Of a stretch of 63,442 bases of DNA, positions 35,077 through 43,625 are shown piece after piece. The stretch is from Coriobacteriaceae bacterium. GTDB taxonomy: Bacteria > Bacillota > Clostridia > Oscillospirales > CAG-272. How positions within the stretch are numbered: position 1 is the stretch's first letter; each line of letters begins with the position of its first letter. A program made the position numbers and the translations under genes. A model generated the notes under the pieces. That model searched no databases and was not told the origin of the DNA. It saw nothing but the letters and a program-made list of their open reading frames with translations. The stretch covers positions 1-63,442 of the forward strand of contig CAVEOF010000006.1 of NCBI GenBank assembly GCA_963617165.1, given 5' to 3'.

Positions 35077-35997
35077 CTACGACTTTTCCTTCGGCAGGGA
35101 CACCGCGACGACGGTGAGATCGCCGAAGATCTCCGTCTCGCCGCTCCCCGCGGGGAGAAAGAAGGTATCGCCTGCGGTGCATTTTTGCCCGTCTATCGTT
35201 CCTTCTCCTTCGGTCACTGTCAAGGATAAAAAAGAGGTTTTATCGACGAATAGGCTTCTTTTTATAAAGTTTTGTTTGTAAACATGCGTTTCAAAGTACG
35301 GAGTCAAGCCGATCAGCGTGGGGTCGTCCGATACGGGAGGTGTCGGCTCGTAGGGGGAAAGCGTGGCGACCTCGAGCGCTTTTTCGAGATGGAGGGGGCG
35401 CGGTTTCCCGTCCGTGCCGAGCCGTCCGTAATCGTACAGGCGATAGGTCAGGGTGCTGTTCTCCTGAATTTCGAAAAGAAGGACGCCCGCGCCGATGGCG
35501 TGGACGGTGCCCGGTGGGATGAGGTAGCTCTCTCCCCTCTTCACGGGAAAGAAGCGAAGCAGGTGCTGCGCCGTGCCGTCGAGCGTCGCGCGGCGCAGAG
35601 TCTCGGCATCGACGGCGCTCGTCAAGCCGATGTAGATGCCCGCGTTCGGCGCGGCGTCGAGAATGTACCACATCTCACACTTGCCATACTGTCCTTCATG
35701 CGCGAGGGCGTAAGTGTCCGAGGGATGCACCTGCACCGAGAGGTCGCGCGCGGCATCGATGAATTTTGTCAGGACGGGAAAGAAGGGCATGTTTTCGGCG
35801 CGGGTGCCGAAGGCTTCCCTTCCGAAGACCTCCGAGACGGGACGTCCGTCCGCGAGGCGGGACTCCGCACCGGGAACGAAGGAGAGCTCCCAGCTCTCTC
35901 CGAGCGTGTTGCTCTCCGAAGTCTTTCCGTAGGCTTTCAGTCGGTCGCCGCCCCACGGCGTGATATGAAGAGAGGGGGTCAGACGGTAGGCGGGCAT
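35077..35997 (-). CDS. manA: Mannose-6-phosphate isomerase, class I
   Basis: 306 aa with PWGG, SVQVHP and the cupin PPGTVHAIGAG motif. Confidence 0.85.
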   Translation of the reverse strand: MPAYRLTPSLHITPWGGDRLKAYGKTSESNTLGESWELSFVPGAESRLADGRPVSEVFGREAFGTRAENMPFFPVLTKFIDAARDLSVQVHPSDTYALAHEGQYGKCEMWYILDAAPNAGIYIGLTSAVDAETLRRATLDGTAQHLLRFFPVKRGESYLIPPGTVHAIGAGVLLFEIQENSTLTYRLYDYGRLGTDGKPRPLHLEKALEVATLSPYEPTPPVSDDPTLIGLTPYFETHVYKQNFIKRSLFVDKTSFLSLTVTEGEGTIDGQKCTAGDTFFLPAGSGETEIFGDLTVVAVSLPKEKS

Positions 35998-36102
35998 CGG
36001 GATTCCTCTTTTCGTTTTTCTTCCATTATACCGCGCCGCGGCTTCCCTGTCAAATAAAAATTGTGAATTTTCGCAAAAAGTATTTATTTTTATTCTTTTA
36101 TA

Positions 36103-36111
36103 TGGTATAAT
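36103..36111 (+). promoter_or_regulatory. Extended -10 element (TGgTATAAT) upstream of the DUF1385-prmC operon
   Basis: TGGTATAAT in an AT-rich stretch. No good -35 element. Confidence 0.4.
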
Positions 36112-36140
36112 CGGTATGTTATTATGCGGAGCGCGTGAGA

Positions 36141-36187
36141 GTTCAGAATTCAGAATTAAGAATTATGAATTAAGAATTATGATTTCG
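36141..36187 (+). repeat. Heptanucleotide tandem array in the opposite genomic orientation, about 6 units
   Basis: gaattca gaattaa gaattat gaattaa gaattat gatttcg, followed by CTTGCGTT-type sequence. It lies in the presumed 5' UTR of the DUF1385 gene. Confidence 0.9.
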
Positions 36188-36253
36188 AACTTGCGTTGCC
36201 TCCGTGCCCTAAGAAAGGAAGCCTTTGCGTTTTGCGAAGGTAGGGTCTTCAAA

Positions 36254-37597
36254 TTGAAAAAATACAGTGACGGAAAATGCCCCGAGCGCTGTAACCGCGT
36301 AGGCGGTCAGGCGGTGCTCGAGGGTGTCATGATGAAGGCGGGCGAGCACACCGTGACGACCTGCCGCAAGGAGGACGGGTCGCTCGCCGTTTACGACGAC
36401 AGCTTCGTCTCCGTTCGGAAAAAGCATAAGCTTCTGAACCTGCCGATCCTGCGCGGGGTTATCAACTTCGTCGAGATGATGAAGCTCAGCTTCAAGACCA
36501 TGTCGGTCTCGGCGGACGCGATGGGACTCGAGGAGGAAGAGGGACGCTTCGAAAAGTGGCTCAAAAAGCATTTCGGCATCGGTGTCACCGAGGTGGTGAC
36601 CGTGATCGGGGTAATTCTCGGTGTGGCGTTGGCTCTCTTTTTGTTCCTTTGGCTCCCGACCTTCCTTGCGGGGTTGTTTGACACGGCGGTCGGCAGTGTG
36701 CTCGGCGCGTGGCGTGCGGTGCTCGAGGGTGTGATGAAGATCGGCATCTTCCTCGTCTACCTTTGGCTCGTGTCCCTGATGCCCGAGATCCGACGCGTCT
36801 TCATGTACCACGGGGCGGAACACAAATCGATCGCCTGCTTCGAATCGGGCACCGAGCTGACCCCCGAGAATGCGAAGAATTACACGCGCTTTCACCCGCG
36901 TTGCGGGACGAGCTTCATGTTCTTCATGATCCTGATCGGCATCTTTGCGGGCTTGTTTATCCGCCTGATCTTCCCCGATCTGCCAAATCTTGTTTACGTT
37001 TTGATCCGTCTTCTGATCCTTCCCCTCGTGGTCGGCATCGGATATGAATTTATCATGTATGCGGGCAAGCACGAAAATCCCTTGACCCGTGCGCTCTCCG
37101 CCCCCGGGCTGTGGGTACAGCGGCTGACGACAAGAGAGCCCGACCTCTCCATGCTCGAGGTGGCGATCACCTCTCTGAAATGCGCCCTGCGCGACGACTT
37201 CCCCGAATTCAGGGAATTCTATGAGAGCCGTCCGTGGGAGAAGAAAGAAGAATCTCTTCCTTCCGACGTAACGGAAGCGGCGGCAAACGAAGCCGACAGC
37301 GCCCCCCGCGCGGAGGACGCGCAGGTGACGGAAGCATCGGGCGACGAGAGTGTTTCTCCCGTGATAGCGGAAGAGGCGCGGGTCTCCGAGGCGGAAAACG
37401 CGATCGATGCGAAGGCGGTAATCGAAACGGAAGAAAGCGACACGACCGAAACGAATGACATGACCGCTTCGGAAGAAAACAACATGACCGAAGCGAACGG
37501 CACGACCGAAGCGGAAGAAAACGGAACGGCCGAGAACGCCGCCCCGACGGACGACGTGACCGAACGCGAAGAGGGTGAGCAAGGAGCCTCGGCATGA
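36254..37597 (+). CDS. DUF1385-domain membrane protein (YqhQ-like) with acidic low-complexity tail
   Basis: GGQAVLEGVMMK and YHGAEHK motifs. The start is uncertain: TTG at 36254 is preferred, because the ATG at 36179 lies inside the heptamer array. The stop overlaps the prmC start. Confidence 0.8.
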   Translation: MKKYSDGKCPERCNRVGGQAVLEGVMMKAGEHTVTTCRKEDGSLAVYDDSFVSVRKKHKLLNLPILRGVINFVEMMKLSFKTMSVSADAMGLEEEEGRFEKWLKKHFGIGVTEVVTVIGVILGVALALFLFLWLPTFLAGLFDTAVGSVLGAWRAVLEGVMKIGIFLVYLWLVSLMPEIRRVFMYHGAEHKSIACFESGTELTPENAKNYTRFHPRCGTSFMFFMILIGIFAGLFIRLIFPDLPNLVYVLIRLLILPLVVGIGYEFIMYAGKHENPLTRALSAPGLWVQRLTTREPDLSMLEVAITSLKCALRDDFPEFREFYESRPWEKKEESLPSDVTEAAANEADSAPRAEDAQVTEASGDESVSPVIAEEARVSEAENAIDAKAVIETEESDTTETNDMTASEENNMTEANGTTEAEENGTAENAAPTDDVTEREEGEQGASA

Positions 37598-38409
37598 CCG
37601 TGCGGGAGGCGGCGGCAAGACTGCGCGCCGCGAACATCCCCGAACCGCTTTATGAAGCAAGACGATTGTTCGAAGCCTTCGCAAATATCCCCGTCGCCGC
37701 GCAGATCGGGCGCGACCCGTCCTCCGACGCGCCCGCGCTCGAGCGGGCGGTCAAACGGCGGGAGGCACGGGAGCCGCTCGCCTACATTCTCGGCGAATGG
37801 GGCTTTTACAAGGAGAGCTATCTTCTCTCCCCCGACTGTCTCATTCCGCGCGAGGACACCGAGCTTCTCGTCGAGACGGCGATCTCGGAGCTTTCCTCGG
37901 GCGCGGTCTTTGCCGATCTGTGCACGGGGTGCGGCTGTATCGGGCTCTCGGTGCTAAAACACACGGCAGGAACGCGCGCGTTGCTCCTCGACATTTCGGA
38001 GGGCGCCGTGCAAACGGCAAGGACGAACGCCGAGCGGCTCGGACTCTCGGACCGCAGCGAGTTTCTCGTCGCGGACGTGAAGAGCGCTACGATCGGCGGC
38101 GGCTTCGACGCCATTTTATCGAATCCTCCTTATATCAAAAAGGACGTCTATCCGACCCTTGCCGCGGAGATTGCGTGGGAACCCGCGCGCGCCTTTCTCG
38201 GCGGGGAGGACGGAATGGAATTTTACCGCGTGTTCCTCTCACGTTACAAAAATTGCCTGTCGCCGAACGGTTTTTTTGCCTTCGAGATCGGGTACGATGA
38301 AGAGGACGCCATCCGCGCCCTCGCCGCAGAGCACGGCTTTTCCTGCCGCGTCCTCTGCGACCTGTCAAACAACCCGCGCGTAGCCGTACTACGCAAAGAA
38401 AAAGAGTAA
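37594..38409 (+). CDS. prmC: Peptide chain release factor N5-glutamine methyltransferase
   Basis: SAM motif DLCTGCGCIG and the catalytic NPPY (ILSNPPYI). Confidence 0.9.
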   Translation: MTVREAAARLRAANIPEPLYEARRLFEAFANIPVAAQIGRDPSSDAPALERAVKRREAREPLAYILGEWGFYKESYLLSPDCLIPREDTELLVETAISELSSGAVFADLCTGCGCIGLSVLKHTAGTRALLLDISEGAVQTARTNAERLGLSDRSEFLVADVKSATIGGGFDAILSNPPYIKKDVYPTLAAEIAWEPARAFLGGEDGMEFYRVFLSRYKNCLSPNGFFAFEIGYDEEDAIRALAAEHGFSCRVLCDLSNNPRVAVLRKEKE

Positions 38410-38501
38410 AAAGAGTAAAAAAGCGAAGCCTCACACGCCGAGCTTTGCCGAACCGAAAAAGCAAAACCTCAACAAAAAGCAAAAAACGCAAGCCCGCTCC
38501 G

Positions 38502-38557
38502 AATTCATAATTCATAATTCATAATTCTTAATTCATAATTCTGAATTCTGAATTCTT
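38502..38557 (-). repeat. Heptanucleotide tandem array, 8 units (longest copy)
   Basis: aattcat x3, aattctt, aattcat, aattctg x2, aattctt, preceded by gcaagcccgctccg. It lies between prmC and ddl (both + strand), so it is antisense to the local genes. Confidence 0.9.
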
Positions 38558-38616
38558 CATTCACCCCTCTCACCCTTTCCCTCCCCCTTCATATACTGCC
38601 CGTGAGGTGATGTATC

Positions 38617-39678
38617 ATGAAGAAAACGATCGCCGTTCTGTTCGGCGGTAAGGGGTGGGAACACACGGTCTCCTGTGCCTCCGCAGGGGCTGTCCTCTCG
38701 TGGCTCGACCGTGAAAAATTCGCCCCGCTCCCCGTGGCGATCACGAGGGAGGGCGATTTCTTTCTCTATCGCGGGTCGTACGATCGGATCGCGGACGCGA
38801 GCTTTGCCGAGGATCGCGGGCATCTGACACCGACCTTCCCCGTGAGGCTCTCCGGCAAATGCGGCTTTCTCGAAGGGCGGCGCGTGCGGGAGGTCGACGG
38901 AGTGATTCCCTGCCTGCACGGGGACTTCGGCGAGGACGGACGGGTGCAGGGACTGCTCGACTGTGCGGGGCTTCCGTACGTCGGTGTGGGATGCGCCGCG
39001 GGCGCCGTCGCCGCCGACAAGGCAATGACGAAGGCGATCGCACGCACGCTCGGGATCCCGACGCTGCCGTGGCTCCTCTTCTCCGGGAACGAAGGAGAGG
39101 ACGAAGTGCTCCGCGTCGTGCGCGAGACCTTCGGCGACGAAGACTTCCCCGCGCTCTTCCTCAAGCCGAACGCGCTCGGCAGCTCGGTCGGCGCCTCTCC
39201 CGCAAGCAGCGAGGAAGATTTCCTCGACGCGTACCGCACCGCCGCACGGCTCGGCAGAGTGCTCGTCGAACCGATGCTTTTGCATCCGCGGGAACTGGAG
39301 GTCGCGGCGCTCCTTACCGAGGGCGTGCCGATCCTCTCCTACCCCGGGGAGATCGACTCGGGCGCCGAATTTTACAGTTACGAAGAAAAGTATGCGGGCG
39401 ACACCGCAAAAATCACGCTCACACCCTCCCTCGACGGGGAAACGGAAGAAGCGCTTTACACTTACAGCACGTCCCTTCTTTCCTATCTCGGATGTCGGGG
39501 ACTGTCGCGCGTAGATTACTTTCTTACCGAAGACGGGAAGCTCTATTTCAATGAGATCAACACCTTCCCGGGCTTCACCTCCATCAGCCTGTATCCGCGG
39601 CTGATGGAACGGGCGGGCATCCCGCCGCGGGAGCTTCTGACACGGCTCGTGGAGGCGGCGATTGATCGGCGTCTTTGA
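38617..39678 (+). CDS. ddl: D-alanine--D-alanine ligase
   Basis: 353 aa with an ATP-grasp fold and typical Ddl N-terminus (KTIAVLFGG) and C-terminus (YFNEINTFPGFT). Confidence 0.95.
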   Translation: MKKTIAVLFGGKGWEHTVSCASAGAVLSWLDREKFAPLPVAITREGDFFLYRGSYDRIADASFAEDRGHLTPTFPVRLSGKCGFLEGRRVREVDGVIPCLHGDFGEDGRVQGLLDCAGLPYVGVGCAAGAVAADKAMTKAIARTLGIPTLPWLLFSGNEGEDEVLRVVRETFGDEDFPALFLKPNALGSSVGASPASSEEDFLDAYRTAARLGRVLVEPMLLHPRELEVAALLTEGVPILSYPGEIDSGAEFYSYEEKYAGDTAKITLTPSLDGETEEALYTYSTSLLSYLGCRGLSRVDYFLTEDGKLYFNEINTFPGFTSISLYPRLMERAGIPPRELLTRLVEAAIDRRL

Positions 39679-40375
39679 CAGCGGGGTCGGCGGGCTCTCG
39701 GCGCTCGCCATCCTCCGCTCCCGCCTGCCGCGTGCCGATCTGTGTTACTTTGCGGATACGGGTAACGCGCCTTACGGCACGAAGAGCAACGCGGAGCTTT
39801 GCCGTCTCGTGGCGGCGGACATCGACCGTCTGCGGGAGGCGGGATGTCACAAAATTCTCATTGCCTGCGGCACGGCGAGCAGTATCTACGAAAAACTGCC
39901 GACCGAATATCGGCTCGGCGCCTTTCCCATTCTTCTCCCAACGGCAAAGCGTGCCGCCCGCGTGACGAAAAACGGGAAGATCGGGATCCTCGCCACCGAG
40001 GCGACCGTCAGGCTCGGTGTCCTCGAGCGGGCGGTGCGCAAGGAGCTTCCGGACGCCACGCTCTTCTGTGCGGCGGCGGGCGAGCTCGTCACGTTGGCGG
40101 AAGAGGGTCGCACCTCCGACCGCGACCCCGTCGCACGGGCAGCGGTCGAACGGGCACTCCTCCCCTTTTCGGGGAGCGGCATCGACACGCTGATTCTCGG
40201 TTGCACGCACTTTCACCGCCTTTCGGCATTGATCTCCAAGCGGATGCCGAAGGTCGATCTCGTCTCCGCCGCCGAGGAAGGGGCGCACGCCATGATCCGT
40301 GCTCTGTCCCCCGAAGAAACGTGCGGAGGTGCGAGACTCCTGTTTCTGAAGGACACGGCGGAAGCCGTCAAATGA
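39662..40375 (+). CDS. murI: Glutamate racemase
   Basis: IGVFDSGVGGLS and LGCTHF catalytic Cys motifs. 237 aa. Confidence 0.9.
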   Translation: MIGVFDSGVGGLSALAILRSRLPRADLCYFADTGNAPYGTKSNAELCRLVAADIDRLREAGCHKILIACGTASSIYEKLPTEYRLGAFPILLPTAKRAARVTKNGKIGILATEATVRLGVLERAVRKELPDATLFCAAAGELVTLAEEGRTSDRDPVARAAVERALLPFSGSGIDTLILGCTHFHRLSALISKRMPKVDLVSAAEEGAHAMIRALSPEETCGGARLLFLKDTAEAVK

Positions 40376-40598
40376 CCGTCGGAAAAGCGGGAAAGTAAAA
40401 AAACGCTATCGACAGTCACGGAGAGTCGCGGCGTAGAGAAACGCGAAGATCTGCACGATACCAATCGTCAAACGAACATAAAAAGCGCGTCGGGGCGGAC
40501 GCAAAAGGGAGTGACCCGCAAGGGCGGGAAGCTACAAAAATGCGGCGCCCGAGGACGTAAGATCCCATTCGGAAAAAACAAAGCAAAGGAAGATCAAG

Positions 40599-40976
40599 AT
40601 GTCAAAGTACAGAAGAGGCAGAATCAACGACGCGGTCGCCGAGGAGCTCGGCGTCGCCCTGCGCGAGGTGCGCGAGCCGAAGGTCGTCGACAATTTCATC
40701 AGCATTACCCGTGCGGAGGTCGCACCCGATCTCAAATACGCGACGGTGTGGTTCTCCTGCATGGGGGACACGAAGGAGGCGCTCGCGGGGCTTGTAAAAT
40801 GCACGGGGATGCTCCGCCACCATCTCGCGGTGACGCTGAATCTGCGCATCACGCCCGAGCTCCATTTCGTGAAGGATGCCTCCATCGAGCACGGCGCGCA
40901 CATCGCCGAGTTGCTCGAAAAGATCGAAAGATCCGAGCCGCACACGGCGCCCGAGGGAGAGGAAGAGTATGAATAA
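40599..40976 (+). CDS. rbfA: Ribosome-binding factor A
   Basis: 125 aa. RINDAVAEELGVALRE...ITRAEVAPDLKYATVWF is the typical RbfA KH fold. Confidence 0.9.
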   Translation: MSKYRRGRINDAVAEELGVALREVREPKVVDNFISITRAEVAPDLKYATVWFSCMGDTKEALAGLVKCTGMLRHHLAVTLNLRITPELHFVKDASIEHGAHIAELLEKIERSEPHTAPEGEEEYE

Positions 40977-41946
40977 CGTTCGCCCTCTTTCGGCAGAGGA
41001 ATTCGCAAAGGAGCTCTTCTCCGTCGAGCGTCCCGTCATTCTGACGCATACGCACCCCGACGGGGACACCGTAGGTACTGCGGCGGCGCTTGCCGCGGCG
41101 TTCCGTCAGGTGGGAAAGGTCGTATACTACGCCTCGGAGGAGCCGCTGCCCTCCCGCCTTGCCTTTCTGGCTGTGGGAACGCCGCGCGCCGAGAGCCTTG
41201 ACGGCATGACCCCCGTCGCGGTGGACATTGCCTCCCCCGCACAGCTCGGGCGGCTCTCCGAGAAGCTCGACGGAGGGCGCGGGGTCGCTCTCATGCTCGA
41301 CCATCACGAGGTGGGCGAGCCGTTCGCCCCGTACTACTTGATCAAAGGGGCGTCCAGTGCGGGCGAGGTACTGCTCACCGTGCTTGACGCGGCAGAGCGC
41401 GCGGGAATATTGACGCTCACGAAGGAGATCGCCGCGCCGCTCTATGCCGCGATCTCCTCGGACACGGGATGCTTCCGCTTCTCCAACGCGACGGCATCCA
41501 CCTACCGCGCCGCCGCGAGACTTCTCGAGCTCGGCATCGACGCGGCGGATATCAATCACCGTCTCTTCGACTCGAAGAGCGCGGGACAGCTCGCCGCCGA
41601 GGGACTCACGGCGAGAATGCTATGCACGCCTCTGCCGCACGTTTCGGGGGTTTGTATTTCCCGCGCCGCGCGCGAAGCGCTCGGGTGTCCTCTCTCGGAT
41701 TTCGAGACCTCGATCGACGTCGTCCGCTCTCTGGCGGGCACCGAGATCGCGTATGTCATCAAGGAGACGGACGACGCCCGTTTCCGCATCTCTCTGCGCT
41801 CGACCGAAGCGGATGTCGGCGCCGTCGCGGCGACGCTCGGCGGCGGCGGGCATGTCCGTGCGGCGGGTTGCGCCATCGATGCACCCGACGTCGGAGCCGC
41901 AGAGGACAAGCTGATCGAAGCGATCCGAAACGCGAATATTTTATAA
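40969..41946 (+). CDS. DHH-family phosphoesterase (NrnA-like oligoribonuclease/pAp phosphatase)
   Basis: HTHPDGDTVGTAAAL (DHH motif), DHH, and GGGH in the DHHA1 domain. Start trimmed to MNNV (40969). Confidence 0.85.
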   Translation: MNNVRPLSAEEFAKELFSVERPVILTHTHPDGDTVGTAAALAAAFRQVGKVVYYASEEPLPSRLAFLAVGTPRAESLDGMTPVAVDIASPAQLGRLSEKLDGGRGVALMLDHHEVGEPFAPYYLIKGASSAGEVLLTVLDAAERAGILTLTKEIAAPLYAAISSDTGCFRFSNATASTYRAAARLLELGIDAADINHRLFDSKSAGQLAAEGLTARMLCTPLPHVSGVCISRAAREALGCPLSDFETSIDVVRSLAGTEIAYVIKETDDARFRISLRSTEADVGAVAATLGGGGHVRAAGCAIDAPDVGAAEDKLIEAIRNANIL

Positions 41947-41994
41947 TTAAGAAAATTTCGTAAACTATACTTATCATTTTAAGGAGAACGTACT

Positions 41995-42876
41995 ATGAAA
42001 ACCGTAAGAAAAGCTATTATTCCCGCCGCGGGGCTTGGTACGCGTATGCTCCCCATCTCCCATGCGGTACCGAAGGAAATGCTCCCGATCGTCGACCTCC
42101 CCGCCGTCTATTATCTTGTCGAGGAGGCGGTGAAGAGCGGGATCGAGGAGATCCTCATCATCACCAACCGCGACAAGGAGGCGATGGAGGACTTCTTCGA
42201 CCTCTCGATCGAATACGGCGACGCCCTGCGTGTGAAGGGAAAGACCGCGGAAGCCGAACGCCTTCGCGAGATCGCGAACATGGCGAACATCTACTTTCTC
42301 CGTCAGAAGGAGACCAAGGGTCTCGGTCACGCGGTCGGACGGGCGCGCACCTTTGTCGGGGACGAGCCCTTCCTCGTTCTCTACGGAGACGACATCATCT
42401 TCTCGAAGACGCCCGTCTGCCGTCAGATGATCGACGTATACGAGACCTACAAAAAGCCGGTCGTCGGCGTCAAGCCCGTCCCGATGGCGGACGTCGCGAA
42501 ATACTGCTCTCTGAAGATCGAGTCCGTCGACGGGCGCAACGACCTTTTCTCCTGCACCGACATGATCGAAAAACCGAAGCCCGGGCAGGAATTCTCCAAC
42601 TATTCGATCCTCGGGCGGGTGCTTCTCACCCCCGACCTCTTCGACCTTATCGACGCGCTGACCCCCGGGGCGGGCGGCGAATATCAGCTGACCGACGCAA
42701 TGGCGCAGAAGGCGCGGGCGGACGGCGTTCTCGCGCTCGACTTTGAGGGCGTGCGCTACGACATGGGCGCGAAGCTCGGCTTCCTGACGGCGAACGTCGT
42801 GCGCGGGTGCGAGCATCCCGAGACGGGCGAGGCTTTCCGGGCGTTTCTCAAGGAATTCGTCAAGACCCTTGACTGA
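41995..42876 (+). CDS. galU: UTP--glucose-1-phosphate uridylyltransferase
   Basis: KAIIPAAGLGTRMLP and VEKP-like (MIEKPKP) motifs. Confidence 0.95.
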   Translation: MKTVRKAIIPAAGLGTRMLPISHAVPKEMLPIVDLPAVYYLVEEAVKSGIEEILIITNRDKEAMEDFFDLSIEYGDALRVKGKTAEAERLREIANMANIYFLRQKETKGLGHAVGRARTFVGDEPFLVLYGDDIIFSKTPVCRQMIDVYETYKKPVVGVKPVPMADVAKYCSLKIESVDGRNDLFSCTDMIEKPKPGQEFSNYSILGRVLLTPDLFDLIDALTPGAGGEYQLTDAMAQKARADGVLALDFEGVRYDMGAKLGFLTANVVRGCEHPETGEAFRAFLKEFVKTLD

Positions 42877-43582
42877 CACGACGCCGCTTTACGAAGATTC
42901 CCGCGTGGCGCCGACCTTCGGTGTCCGAGAGGGAGCAGAAAATACGCCTCCGCGCTTTTGTGAGGGGACGGGCTTAAAAGACGCGTCCCGCCCCGACAAA
43001 GCGACGGGAGAAAAAGAAACGACGTGTTCCGACGGCTCCGCGGTAGCGAAAGATACGGTGTGCTCCGATGGCTCTGCGGTAGCAAAAGAAGCGGTGCGCT
43101 CCGACGATGCTGCGCAAGCGAAAGGCGGCGTACCCGTGATTACGGTCAGAGGCGCGGAGGAGGGCGATCTTTCTTCCCTTCTCGCGATGGAAGCCGAGTG
43201 CTTTCGAACGCCGTACCGCGAAGGGGCGCTTCGCCCGATGCTTTCCCAATCCTTTGCGAAAAATTATCTCGCGCTCTCGGGCGGCGAGGCGGTCGGCTAC
43301 CTCCTCGCGACGATGATCGCGGGGGAGTCGGAGATCCTGCGCATTGCGGTGCGAAAAGAGATGCGCGGCAGGGGCATCGCCCGCGCCATGCTCTCCCGCC
43401 TGCTCGAGGAGCTGCCCGGAGACACGGCGTACTTTCTCGAGGTGAGACGGAGCAACGCCGCGGCGATCGCGCTCTACAATGCCTTCGGCTTTGACGCCTA
43501 TGCGGAGCGGAAAAATTACTATAAGGATCCGACGGAGGACGCGGTGCTCATGCGCCGTTTGCCGAAAGAAGAACCGAAATAA
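42869..43582 (+). CDS. rimI: Ribosomal-protein-alanine N-acetyltransferase with repetitive N-terminal extension
   Basis: The C-terminal ~150 aa form a GNAT domain (RGRGIARAML). The N-terminal ~85 aa are low-complexity with 12-aa repeats. The true start may be internal. Confidence 0.75.
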   Translation: MTDTTPLYEDSRVAPTFGVREGAENTPPRFCEGTGLKDASRPDKATGEKETTCSDGSAVAKDTVCSDGSAVAKEAVRSDDAAQAKGGVPVITVRGAEEGDLSSLLAMEAECFRTPYREGALRPMLSQSFAKNYLALSGGEAVGYLLATMIAGESEILRIAVRKEMRGRGIARAMLSRLLEELPGDTAYFLEVRRSNAAAIALYNAFGFDAYAERKNYYKDPTEDAVLMRRLPKEEPK

Positions 43583-43625
43583 CAGCGACTTCGGGCATGT
43601 GCCCCTGTCAAAGAAAGAATATACG

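Noticed and set aside
36061-36076. Rex operator (TTGTGAATTTTCGCAA); similarly TTGACAGAAAATTCACAA at 28368-28385
   Set aside because: The half-sites resemble TTGTGAA/TTCACAA, but the spacing is 2 nt instead of 4 in the first and one half is poor in the second. These are insufficient to call without a scoring matrix.
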